Positions 39,201-48,492 of a stretch of 50,657 nucleotides of DNA are shown here, piece by piece. The notes under the pieces were generated by a model. That model was given only the letters and a program-made list of their open reading frames with translations. It had not been told where the DNA came from and made no database searches. Made by a program: the position numbers and the translations under genes. Location: positions 1 through 50,657 of the forward strand of contig JBDRGQ010000020.1 in the NCBI GenBank assembly GCA_043817685.1, given 5' to 3'. Positions within the stretch are counted from its first letter, which is position 1; the number at the start of each line of letters is the position of its first letter. Origin of the DNA: a bacterium. GTDB taxonomy: Bacteria; Patescibacteriota; Minisyncoccia; Minisyncoccales; RBG-13-42-11.

Positions 39201-39752
39201 TTAATAACTAAATGCTCTTAAGCTTAAGTCAAAATCTAAAGCGTCTGTTTCCTTGTTCTGCTCAAAAGAAAGACTACGTACTTCAAACAACCTGGCTGAT
39301 TTTTCTAAAACAGAAAGGAATTCTTTGAAAGAAGAATATTCCCCAGTTAATTCTACCATAAATGTTATTTCATTTATCTTAGTGTTTCCTTCCAGAGGAG
39401 CTACGGTAAATGGGTTTATCTCGTTCAAAACTATTCCAGAAAGAGAAGCTGTTTCTTGTATGAATTTAAATATAGAAGGAACAGAAGCATCAAATGGCAA
39501 AGCAGAAGATATCTTGGAAACCTCAAGCGCGTTTTCGTCCAACTTGATCTTTAATTCCTCCAACTTATTGAAGTATTCTTTCTTGTACTGCAATTCTATT
39601 TCTTTAGCCTGAATATTTTCCTTTGTCTCGTTTAGCTGGCCGAATTTAGGAAATAAAAATATTCCCCCTATCACTAAAATTAAAATAAAGGCAGCTATTA
39701 TCACCAAAGGAATGTAATTTACCAATTTTAAGTAAAAATTAATCTTTTGCAT
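39201..39752 (-). CDS. pilO: Type IV pilus alignment protein PilO
   Basis: TM helix, coiled coil, ALP, GEYSSFKEFL..LE...RLF. Confidence 0.82.
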   Translation of the reverse strand: MQKINFYLKLVNYIPLVIIAAFILILVIGGIFLFPKFGQLNETKENIQAKEIELQYKKEYFNKLEELKIKLDENALEVSKISSALPFDASVPSIFKFIQETASLSGIVLNEINPFTVAPLEGNTKINEITFMVELTGEYSSFKEFLSVLEKSARLFEVRSLSFEQNKETDALDFDLSLRAFSY

Positions 39753-40272
39753 TTAAAAATCCTGGTTTAAAGTAAATCAATAAATTAAAATCTATCTGAC
39801 CTTCTTTGTTTATGGCAGAAGAAATAAGCCTGAAATCATTCAATTCTTCTCTCTCTTTTAAAACTAACAGTTGTTGACCTAAGCTTTCAAAATTTTTAGT
39901 TTTTCCGGAAAGTAATAATTTACTTTCTTTTGTAAATAATTCAAAAGATGAAAACCAAACCAAAGGATGGGTTGTTTCTTCTAAGAAAGTGAAAGACTTG
40001 GTGTTTGCTTTATGCTCTTCTGAAAGAGTTTTAAAATCCTGTATTTTTACTTTATAGGATAAAACTTCTGTTTCTAAAGAAATATCTTCTAGGGCTTTCT
40101 CTTGGTCTATTACAGTTTCTAAATCCTCCAGGTTTTTTAAAGAATTATCAAGAGAATTGTTCAGTATGAAAAAAGAAACTATAGAAATTATTAAAAGAAA
40201 AATCAGGACGTAAAAAAGAATATTTAACCATCCTGGAAGTTTTGGTAATTCTTTTGGAATTATTTCTGTCAT
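39739..40272 (-). CDS. pilN: PilN-like protein
   Basis: TM helix plus coiled coil and LSG strand; lies between pilM and pilO. Confidence 0.65.
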   Translation of the reverse strand: MTEIIPKELPKLPGWLNILFYVLIFLLIISIVSFFILNNSLDNSLKNLEDLETVIDQEKALEDISLETEVLSYKVKIQDFKTLSEEHKANTKSFTFLEETTHPLVWFSSFELFTKESKLLLSGKTKNFESLGQQLLVLKEREELNDFRLISSAINKEGQIDFNLLIYFKPGFLNAKD

Positions 40273-40337
40273 ATACTAAAATTTAATTTATCAAATTGAT
40301 AGTGGTTCATCTTCTTTGACCTTACTTTATTATATAA

Positions 40338-41426
40338 CTAATACTCTAAACCGCGAAGAGCAGATCCCACGGCTATTGAATAACTTGGACCCATTTCTTT
40401 TAGAGTTTCTTCTAGAATCGGTGGATAAAATATGTTTGAAAATGGGTTGGCAATTTCTACTTCTACTCTCAGGTTCTCCTCGAAGTATTCTTTTAATCCG
40501 GGCAGTAAGGCCGTACCTCCAGCCAGAATAACTTTCTTAACCTCCTTTTTTCTTTTCAGGTAAAATCCGTGGATTATCCCCTCTACTTCTCTGATAATAT
40601 TGTCCACTAAAGGAATTGTCACGTCTTTTAGCCCTTTCTCACTGTTTTCTATTTTTCCTCCCAAAAGACCTTGCGATTCTTTCATTTCCCTTGCTTTTTT
40701 GTATTCAATATTTAAGGATCTGGAAATAATATTGGTGAACTCGTTCCCGCCCACGTCAAAACTATGAGAAGTATAAAGATTTTTCCTGTCCACAATGTTG
40801 CAAGTAGTACTTTGAGCCCCAATATCTATTATGGCTTGGGGAATCATATTGTCTTCTGGGACCAATGACCTTATTAGCCCAAATACTTCTGCCTCCAAAG
40901 CATAAAGTTCCAATCCTGCCAGCTTGGCTATTTCGTTGTATTGATTTATTACTTCATTTGGAACGGCAGCCAGCAAAACTGTCATTTTTTTATTCTGGGC
41001 TATCAATTCTTTATCCTCCATAATCCTCCAATCCAATGTCATTTCTGACAAAGGAAAAGGAATATGCTGTTTGGCTTCAAACTTAACGGCCTGGGAAAGT
41101 TCTTCATTCGACATTTGGGGCAGTTCAAAATTAGTGAAGAAGGTGGAAAAATCAGGAATAGAAAAAATAGCCTGTTTAGACTTTATTTTGGCTTCTTGGA
41201 TTATCGCTCTTATGGCTCTAGCTACATCATGATTGGACAATAAAAGAGTGTTTTTATCAAAAGTTCTGAAAGGTTTTTTGTATAAAACCTCAGCTGAAAG
41301 AGAACCATAGCTTTCTAATTTTCTACGATTGCCAAATCTGGATACTTCTACAACTTTTATGTAAGAAGTTCCTATATCTATTCCTAGAAATTTTTGTGGA
41401 AGCAAAAAATGGAAAATATTCAACAT
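40338..41426 (-). CDS. pilM: Type IV pilus assembly protein PilM
   Basis: LGIDIGTSYIK, IDIGAQST, LAGGTALLPGL, ANPF, AVGSALR. Confidence 0.92.
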   Translation of the reverse strand: MLNIFHFLLPQKFLGIDIGTSYIKVVEVSRFGNRRKLESYGSLSAEVLYKKPFRTFDKNTLLLSNHDVARAIRAIIQEAKIKSKQAIFSIPDFSTFFTNFELPQMSNEELSQAVKFEAKQHIPFPLSEMTLDWRIMEDKELIAQNKKMTVLLAAVPNEVINQYNEIAKLAGLELYALEAEVFGLIRSLVPEDNMIPQAIIDIGAQSTTCNIVDRKNLYTSHSFDVGGNEFTNIISRSLNIEYKKAREMKESQGLLGGKIENSEKGLKDVTIPLVDNIIREVEGIIHGFYLKRKKEVKKVILAGGTALLPGLKEYFEENLRVEVEIANPFSNIFYPPILEETLKEMGPSYSIAVGSALRGLEY

Positions 41427-41498
41427 TTTAGTTTATTTATTATATCACAATAAGAATATTAACAAAATAAAAACCTTGTAAATTCAAGGCTGTTTCTG

Positions 41499-41585
41499 CG
41501 GTGGGAGAGGGATTCGAACCCCCGGTACCATTGCTGGCACAACAGTTTTCAGGACTGCCCCTTTAAACCACTCAGGCATCCCACC
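41499..41585 (-). tRNA. tRNA-Ser(TGA)
   Basis: Cloverleaf with long variable arm; anticodon arm GCAGT-CCTGAAA-ACTGT; GTTCGAATCC. Confidence 0.88.
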
Positions 41586-41597
41586 ATGATATTATTG

Positions 41598-41686
41598 CGG
41601 AGAGGGAGGGATTCGAACCCTCGATACGGTTTTGCCCGCATAACAGGTTAGCAACCTGCCCTTTTCAACCACTCAAGCACCTCTCC
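41598..41686 (-). tRNA. tRNA-Ser(GCT)
   Basis: GGAGAGG acceptor stem, GCAGG-TTGCTAA-CCTGT, long variable arm. Confidence 0.93.
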
Positions 41687-41790
41687 AAATCGTTTTTAAT
41701 TTTAACCTTAAAATAAGTTAAAGTCAATTGAATTTAGCTTAAAATTATGATAAATTCAATTTATAAGCCCTCTTAGTTTAATAACTCCAT

Positions 41791-41862
41791 GTCCCCATAG
41801 CTCAACGGATAGAGTGTAGCCCTGCGAAGGCTGAGATGAAGGTTCAATTCCTTCTGGGGACA
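41791..41862 (+). tRNA. tRNA-Arg(GCG)
   Basis: GTCCCCA/TGGGGAC stem, TAGCC-CTGCGAA-GGCTG, GGTTCAATTCC. Confidence 0.92.
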
Positions 41863-41905
41863 CAAATAATTAATTTATAAAACAATTTTTAAGATTGCAG
41901 GCCCG

Positions 41906-41943
41906 TTCCGTTAAATTCGTTTGCGATTATTTAACGGGGTGAA
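41906..41943. repeat. REP-like hairpin CCGTTAAAT...ATTTAACGGGGTGAA
   Basis: Perfect 9-bp inverted repeat at 41908-41916 and 41929-41937. Confidence 0.6.
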
Positions 41944-41959
41944 ATTCCTGCGAGGGCAC

Positions 41960-44065
41960 ATGAATCTATCAACTCCAATTGAGCAAATTCCTAAGGTTGG
42001 ACCCCAATTCCAAAAAAAACTTAAAAGGCTTGGAGTTAAAACAGTAGGCCAATTGCTTTTCCATTTTCCCCATAGATATGAAGACTTTTCTAATATAATT
42101 CCCATATCCCAAGTTAACATAGGAGAAACAGTCTCTATTAAGGGGAAAATAGAAGATATTAAAAACATAAGAACATTCAGAAAAAGAATGGTTCTAACCC
42201 AAGCCACAATTACTGATGATTCAGGAAGCTTAAAAGTAATGTGGTTCAACCAGCCATACTTAATCAACTCTCTTAAAAAAGGCGATGTTCTTTTTCTAGC
42301 TGGAAAAATGAACACAAAACCAGGAAGCAAATATCTTTCTGCCCCAGCTTATGAAAAATTATCACAAGATATAAATAACTCTGATTTAATACATACGGGA
42401 AGACTAGTCCCTGTTTATCCTGAAACAGAAGGACTATCTTCTAGATGGTTAAGGTACATACTTTGGCCTTTATTAAAAAATATAAAAGACAAACTTCCTG
42501 ACTCCCTTCCTAGTAAATTAAAAGAAAAATATAATCTTCCTGATTTTAACAATTCCATATGGCAGATACATTTCCCAGATTCTTTAGAAAAGGCTGAGAA
42601 AGCAAAAAAAAGATTTACTTTTGAAGAATTATTCATTCTTTCCCTTTTTATACTTAAAGAAAGAATGAAAATGGCAAAAGAAAAATCAGTTCCTGTTCCT
42701 GTTAATTTAAAGATAATAAAAGATTTTACAGAATCTTTACCTTTTAAACTCACGGATGATCAAAGAAAATCTCTCTGGCAGATACTAAAAGATATGGAAA
42801 AGCCAAGACCCATGAACAGATTATTGGAAGGAGATGTAGGTTCTGGAAAAACCATAGTGGCCGTTGCCGGAGCATTGAACGCTATAAAATCTGATTTCCA
42901 GGTAGCTATGATGGCTCCGACAGAAATACTGACCAAACAGCATTATCAAACTTTTACTAGATTTTTGAAAAAATATAAGCTGAAAATAGCTTTATTAACC
43001 GGAAAAGAAAGCAAATTGAATGATAAAAAAATAACTAAAAAGGAGTTATTGGAAAAAATAAAAAAAGGAAATGTAGACCTAGTAATAGGAACTCACGCTC
43101 TGGTTCAGAAAGAAGTGACTTTTAAAAACATAGCTATGGTTATAATAGACGAACAGCACAGATTCGGCGTGAATCAAAGAGCCAAACTCTGCCAACAAAA
43201 AGATATTATCCCCCATTTGTTATCTATGACAGCTACTCCGATTCCAAGAACTCTTTCTCTCACTCTTTACGGAGATTTAGATCTTTCTTTGATAAAAGAA
43301 CTACCGAAAGGAAGGAAAAAAATAGAAACCAAAATAGTCGCTCCAAAAGACAGAAAAAAAGCCTACACTTTTGTAAAAACAGAAATAAAAAAGGGAAGGC
43401 AAGCTTTTGTTATCTGTCCGAGAATAGAAACGGGATCACAAGAAGAGGGGCAAGGCCTAAGAAAAAACAGCTGGGCAGAAGTAAAAGCCGTAAGAGAAGA
43501 ATATGAAAAACTTTCAAAAACCATATTTCTGGAATTTAAAGTAGCCATGCTTCATGGAAAAATGAAAAAAGAAGAAAAAGAAAAAACGATGAAGAAATTT
43601 AAAAACGGAAAAACAGATATTCTGGTATCAACATCCGTGGTGGAAGTAGGAATAGATATTTCAAATGCAACAATAATGATTATAGAGGGGGCGGACAAAT
43701 TTGGATTAGCTCAATTACACCAATTCAGAGGAAGAGTAGGCAGAGGAGAAAAACAATCTTTCTGTTTCTTATTAACAGATTATACTTCACAAACCCAAAA
43801 CCTTAGATTAAGGGCTCTAATGAAGTTTGATAGCGGGTTTGATTTGGCAGAAAAAGATTTAGAAATTAGAGGGCCAGGTGACTTTTCAGGCCAAAGACAA
43901 TGGGGAATTCCGGACATTGCCATGACGGCTTTAAAAGACCTTTCTTTGGTTGAGCAAACCAGAAAAGAAGCCGCAGAAATTCTAAAAGAAAGTCCAAATT
44001 TAAAAACCTATCCCTTGTTAAGAGATAGATTGGAATCTTTCAAAAAATTAATCCACCTGGAATAA
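41960..44065 (+). CDS. recG: ATP-dependent DNA helicase RecG
   Basis: HFPHRYED, MNRLLEGDVGSGKT, DEQHRFG, TATPIPR, QFRGRVGR, DLEIRGPG. Start placed at ATG 41960. Confidence 0.96.
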   Translation: MNLSTPIEQIPKVGPQFQKKLKRLGVKTVGQLLFHFPHRYEDFSNIIPISQVNIGETVSIKGKIEDIKNIRTFRKRMVLTQATITDDSGSLKVMWFNQPYLINSLKKGDVLFLAGKMNTKPGSKYLSAPAYEKLSQDINNSDLIHTGRLVPVYPETEGLSSRWLRYILWPLLKNIKDKLPDSLPSKLKEKYNLPDFNNSIWQIHFPDSLEKAEKAKKRFTFEELFILSLFILKERMKMAKEKSVPVPVNLKIIKDFTESLPFKLTDDQRKSLWQILKDMEKPRPMNRLLEGDVGSGKTIVAVAGALNAIKSDFQVAMMAPTEILTKQHYQTFTRFLKKYKLKIALLTGKESKLNDKKITKKELLEKIKKGNVDLVIGTHALVQKEVTFKNIAMVIIDEQHRFGVNQRAKLCQQKDIIPHLLSMTATPIPRTLSLTLYGDLDLSLIKELPKGRKKIETKIVAPKDRKKAYTFVKTEIKKGRQAFVICPRIETGSQEEGQGLRKNSWAEVKAVREEYEKLSKTIFLEFKVAMLHGKMKKEEKEKTMKKFKNGKTDILVSTSVVEVGIDISNATIMIIEGADKFGLAQLHQFRGRVGRGEKQSFCFLLTDYTSQTQNLRLRALMKFDSGFDLAEKDLEIRGPGDFSGQRQWGIPDIAMTALKDLSLVEQTRKEAAEILKESPNLKTYPLLRDRLESFKKLIHLE

Positions 44066-45601
44066 TCACTCAACCTTTCTAACTTTTTCAGTTACCCAAA
44101 AACCTAAATGCTTTCCTAAGAACAACCTTAATTGGGCATCTAAAGAAGGAAATGTTCCAAAAAGAATTAAGGTCGCGGGAAGCAACAACCATTGCAAAAC
44201 CATTGATAAATTCTTCCACTTGCCAAACTTCTTTGGTTTTGGAGGTAAAATCACTAAGCTTAATATGGCTGACAGTATCATACCCATCATGGCAGCTGTC
44301 ATAATATAGCTGGTTATCCTGGGAAGATTGTAGGACAATAAACTGATTTGGAAGTTCATCCCTCCCAATATCAAGGGCAACCACCCTAAAAAGAAAATTA
44401 ACAAAGCTGAAGTAGCCCAAGCCCAGAAACCGTCTAAAATAGTATAAGTATGACGAATTTTCTCTTTCAAGAGGATTTTTTTATTCTTCAAGAATCCGAA
44501 AAGTAAATATGGGATTTCCACGCATCCCCAAGCCCATCTTCTTTGCTGCCTATATTGGTTAAAAGCTGTTTTTAAAAGACTGTCTGCCATTACAGCGTCC
44601 ATGGAAACAGGATAATACAAAGGAATCATCCTATAATCTCCATTATTAGCAAAATAACTCTTCCAGAAAAACCTTGAGTCATCAGACACTATATTGGAAG
44701 GATAACCAACCTCCATTAAAACTTTAAAGGGTATGGCATGGGCAGAATAACTGACCAATTGCTCTGGCCTTTCCTGCTGCATCATCTGCCAGAAAGTACT
44801 GGAAGTTGCGATAACCCTGGAAAAAGCAGGAGCCTGCCAGATATTGTTATTATAAACGGGGATTGGCTGATAGCTGGATTTCAAAGGCTTTTCGGTTGTA
44901 AGATAATTCCAAGTTAATACAGCAAAATATTGGGGATAGGGCTTTGTATCAATATCAAAGTTGGAAACAATAATATTTTCATAAGGAATTTTCAAAGCAT
45001 CCACCATTTTTCTAGCTTCTTTCAGAGCATAAGTAACATTGGATCCTTTGCCCGCCACTTCGCCCGGAACATCCTTGGGATGCAAAGAAGTAATAATTTT
45101 AAAAAACTTATTCTTGTATTCTTTCTCTATTTTCTCCGCCACCGGCAAAGAAAATTCTTTTGCCCTTTCTTCTACAGCTAAAACAACCATTATTTTATCT
45201 TTAGGATAATTTCCTTCCAGTAGAGATTTAATAGTTGACTCCGCGATTTCCAATCCTTCTTTATACATTGGCAAAACAACTAAATGATATATAGCCTTCC
45301 AATTCCTTCCGGGCAAGTCTTCCAACTCTTTTATCCAATCCATTTTCATATTCTTTTTCATCCTGTAGTATCCAGACAATTGGTGGACGGACAAATATAT
45401 GATTCTTAAAAACCAAAAGAAATCAAATACAATAATAAAAACAGCCGCCACCGCTGGGGCTGACCATGAAAGAAAAATAGCTAAAATCAAAGTCCCCCAA
45501 GATAAAATAGCTGGAATCATTTCAAAAATGCGATAGATAATTCTGTCCTTCTTTCTCCGAAGTTCAGTTGATCTGGCTAAATCCAGATAAGAATATGTCA
45601 T
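44066..45601 (-). CDS. Membrane GT2-family glycosyltransferase
   Basis: LPMYKE, GKGSN, FDID, SDD, QQRRWAWG; TM helices at both ends. Confidence 0.85.
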   Translation of the reverse strand: MTYSYLDLARSTELRRKKDRIIYRIFEMIPAILSWGTLILAIFLSWSAPAVAAVFIIVFDFFWFLRIIYLSVHQLSGYYRMKKNMKMDWIKELEDLPGRNWKAIYHLVVLPMYKEGLEIAESTIKSLLEGNYPKDKIMVVLAVEERAKEFSLPVAEKIEKEYKNKFFKIITSLHPKDVPGEVAGKGSNVTYALKEARKMVDALKIPYENIIVSNFDIDTKPYPQYFAVLTWNYLTTEKPLKSSYQPIPVYNNNIWQAPAFSRVIATSSTFWQMMQQERPEQLVSYSAHAIPFKVLMEVGYPSNIVSDDSRFFWKSYFANNGDYRMIPLYYPVSMDAVMADSLLKTAFNQYRQQRRWAWGCVEIPYLLFGFLKNKKILLKEKIRHTYTILDGFWAWATSALLIFFLGWLPLILGGMNFQISLLSYNLPRITSYIMTAAMMGMILSAILSLVILPPKPKKFGKWKNLSMVLQWLLLPATLILFGTFPSLDAQLRLFLGKHLGFWVTEKVRKVE

Positions 45602-45602
45602 G

Positions 45603-45677
45603 CGGTCCCGACGGGATTCGAACCCGTGTTACCAGAATGAAAACCTGGTGTCCTAGGCCGGACTAGACGACAGGACC
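45603..45677 (-). tRNA. tRNA-Glu(TTC)
   Basis: GGTCCTG...CGGGACC, CCAGG-TTTTCAT-TCTGG, GGTTCGAATCC. Confidence 0.93.
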
Positions 45678-45723
45678 AAAAATCTATTTAATCCTAGCTA
45701 AAAATATGATAAAAGTAAAGTAT

Positions 45724-47781
45724 ATGAAAGAACTTCCGAAAGCTTACGATCCCAAAACAGTAGAAGGGAAAATATACGATTTCTGGCAGAAGTCCGGTTT
45801 TTTTAATCCTGACAAATTGCCCGGAAAAAGAAAGAAAAACTACAGTATAGTTATCCCTCCACCAAACGTAACTGGTGAACTGCATATGGGTCATGCTTTA
45901 AACGTCACTATTCAGGATATTTTAATCAGAAAAAAAAGAATGCAAGGATTTAAAACTCTTTGGCTCCCAGGGACAGACCATGCTGGGATTGCTACCCAGA
46001 ATGTTGTTGAAAAACAGCTAAAGAAAGAAGGAAAAACTAGGTTTGATCTGGGAAGAGAAAAATTCGTTGAAAAAGTCTGGGAATGGAAAGAAAAATACGG
46101 AAACCTTATCCTAAACCAACTTAAAAAACTTGGCGCTTCTTGCGATTGGTCTAGAACAAAATTCACCATGGATAAAGAATATATTTCAGCGGTAGAAAAA
46201 ACATTCCTTCATTACTATAAAAAGGGATGGATATATCAGGGAAAAAGAGTTGTTAACTGGTGTCCGAGATGTCAAACTTCTCTGTCTGACTTAGAACTAG
46301 AACACCAAGAGAAAAAAGGCAAACTCTGGTACATAAAATATCCTTTAAAAAATAAAAAGCAACACATAATAGTCGCCACAACCAGACCAGAAACAATGCT
46401 TGGAGATACAGCCGTTGCCGTAAACCCCAAAGATAAAAAATATAAAGATTTTATTAATGAAACTGTGATCCTTCCCATCCAAGAAAAAGAAATACCAATA
46501 ATAACAGATGGAGCTGTTGATATGAAATTTGGAACAGGAGCAGTAAAAGTAACTCCTGCGCATGACGCAACTGACTGGGAAATAGGATTACGTCATAATT
46601 TAAAAGCTCCCCTAGTCATTAACGAAAGAGGAAAAATGACGAAAGAATCAAAAATATGCGAAGGCCTATCTCCCTTAGAATGCAGAGAAAAAGTTATTAT
46701 CGAATTAGGAAACAAAAAGCTTATTGAAAAAGTAGAAGATTACAATAGTTCCACTCCTCATTGCTCCAGATGTAATACGCTAATTCAACCAATTCCCTCA
46801 AAACAATGGTTCTTAAAAATGGAGGTGCTGGCCAAAGAGGCAATAAGGGCAGTGAAAAGCGGGAAAGTAAAATTCCTGCCCAAAAACTTTGAAAAGATAT
46901 ACTTTGATTGGTTAAACAATATAAAAGACTGGTGTATATCAAGACAGCTTTGGTGGGGGCATAAAATTCCAATAAAAGGAGAAACAGATGTTTTAGACAC
47001 TTGGTTTTCCTCTGCCTTATGGCCATTCGCTACTTTAGGCTGGCCTAAAAAAACCAAAGACTTAAAAGACTTTTATCCAACAAATGTATTATCTACAGCC
47101 AGAGACATAATAAATTTATGGGTAGCTAGGATGATTTTTTCTGGCAGAGAATTTATGAAAAAAGATCCTTTCTCTACTGTTTTGATACATCCAACTGTCT
47201 TAACTAAAGATGGAAAGAGAATGTCAAAATCTTTGGGCACTGGAATAAACCCATTGGATTTATGTGATAAATACGGAGCAGACGCTACTAGATTTGGGAT
47301 AACTTGGCAGTTAACGGGAGGGCAAGATATTCATTTTGTAGAAGATAATATTGTAATGGGAAAGAAATTCTGCAATAAAATATGGAACGCTTCAAGGTTT
47401 GTGATGATGCAACTTCCCAAAAAACAAATGAAACTTCCAAATAAAATATCTGTTACTGGTTTAATCCCTGCAAACAAAAAAATACTAAATGCCTTAAATA
47501 AGACCATGGTTTCCGTGGATAATGACCTAGAATCATTTAAATTCGGCAGGGCGGCTAGAACGCTTTATGGTTTCTTCTGGCATGATTTCTGCGACATGTA
47601 TATAGAAAAGGCAAAAAACCAGACAGATCAAAAAACAAAACAAATACTTCTATACACTCTTTCTACATCTTTGAAAATGTTGCATCCTTTTATTCCTTTT
47701 ATAACAGAAGAAATATATCAGATCCTTCCCATTAAAAACAAAGCTAAAATGTTAATGGTAGAAAATTGGCCTAAAAAATGA
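45724..47781 (+). CDS. valS: Valine--tRNA ligase (short form)
   Basis: PPPNVTGELHMGH, TTRPET, DWCISRQLWWGH, DVLDTWFSS, RMSKS. Start placed at MKELPKAY. Confidence 0.96.
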   Translation: MKELPKAYDPKTVEGKIYDFWQKSGFFNPDKLPGKRKKNYSIVIPPPNVTGELHMGHALNVTIQDILIRKKRMQGFKTLWLPGTDHAGIATQNVVEKQLKKEGKTRFDLGREKFVEKVWEWKEKYGNLILNQLKKLGASCDWSRTKFTMDKEYISAVEKTFLHYYKKGWIYQGKRVVNWCPRCQTSLSDLELEHQEKKGKLWYIKYPLKNKKQHIIVATTRPETMLGDTAVAVNPKDKKYKDFINETVILPIQEKEIPIITDGAVDMKFGTGAVKVTPAHDATDWEIGLRHNLKAPLVINERGKMTKESKICEGLSPLECREKVIIELGNKKLIEKVEDYNSSTPHCSRCNTLIQPIPSKQWFLKMEVLAKEAIRAVKSGKVKFLPKNFEKIYFDWLNNIKDWCISRQLWWGHKIPIKGETDVLDTWFSSALWPFATLGWPKKTKDLKDFYPTNVLSTARDIINLWVARMIFSGREFMKKDPFSTVLIHPTVLTKDGKRMSKSLGTGINPLDLCDKYGADATRFGITWQLTGGQDIHFVEDNIVMGKKFCNKIWNASRFVMMQLPKKQMKLPNKISVTGLIPANKKILNALNKTMVSVDNDLESFKFGRAARTLYGFFWHDFCDMYIEKAKNQTDQKTKQILLYTLSTSLKMLHPFIPFITEEIYQILPIKNKAKMLMVENWPKK

Positions 47782-48488
47782 GTTATCCTTTGTATATATT
47801 TTTCGGTCTAATGCCCAGCGCCATCTGGCTTCTCTTTTATTTGAGAAAAGACAAACATCCAGAATCTGCGAAAATGGTCTTGAAAGTATTCTTCTTCGGA
47901 GTGATTTCCGCTATTCCAGTAGTTTTAATAGAAATGGGCATTGTGGACTCAATAAACAGCATGGGGTTTAATTCTTCCTTCATGGTTTCTGTATTAAAAG
48001 TATTTGTCGGAGTGGCTCTGATAGAAGAATTCGTAAAATACTTAGTAGTAAGAGGACAAGCCTTAAAAAGCCTTGAGTTTGATGAACCGATAGACGCTAT
48101 GCTTTATATGATAATTGCCGCTTTGGGATTTGCCGCTGCAGAAAATATATTAATTCTCTTTTCTTTGGGGCCTAATTTCCTTTTAGTAAATGTTTTTTCC
48201 TTGACCATTTTTAGGTTTGCCGGAGCAACCTTCCTCCACGCCCTCTGCTCTGGCGCTCTAGGATATTTTTTAGCCATGTCTTTTTACGAATCTAAAAAAA
48301 GAGGAAGGATATTTCTAAAAGGGTTATTAATAGTTACCCTATTGCACGGATTGTATAATTTTTCTATTATAGAACTAGGAACCATATGGAATTTTGTGAT
48401 TCCATTATCAATAATATTAGGGCTGGCTATTTTCGTAACAATAGCTTTTAAAAGGTTAAAAAACTTAAAGAGCATATCAAAAATTTAA
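47778..48488 (+). CDS. prsW: PrsW family intramembrane protease
   Basis: DKHPE, IEEFVK, ALGFAAAEN, FLHA, LHGLYN. Confidence 0.9.
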   Translation: MSYPLYIFFGLMPSAIWLLFYLRKDKHPESAKMVLKVFFFGVISAIPVVLIEMGIVDSINSMGFNSSFMVSVLKVFVGVALIEEFVKYLVVRGQALKSLEFDEPIDAMLYMIIAALGFAAAENILILFSLGPNFLLVNVFSLTIFRFAGATFLHALCSGALGYFLAMSFYESKKRGRIFLKGLLIVTLLHGLYNFSIIELGTIWNFVIPLSIILGLAIFVTIAFKRLKNLKSISKI

Positions 48489-48492
48489 ACTT

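Larger units (their letters stand above)
41767..41958 (+). pseudogene. Fragmented tRNA-like remnant surrounding tRNA-Arg
   Basis: 5' piece GCCCTCTTAGTTTAAT; 3' piece ATAAAACA...AGATTGCAGG...AAATTCCTGCGAGGGCA. Confidence 0.45.

Noticed and set aside
41921..41959. N-terminal extension of RecG from TTG 41921
   Set aside because: It runs through the hairpin and tRNA-like remnant. RecG-like sequence starts at ATG 41960.
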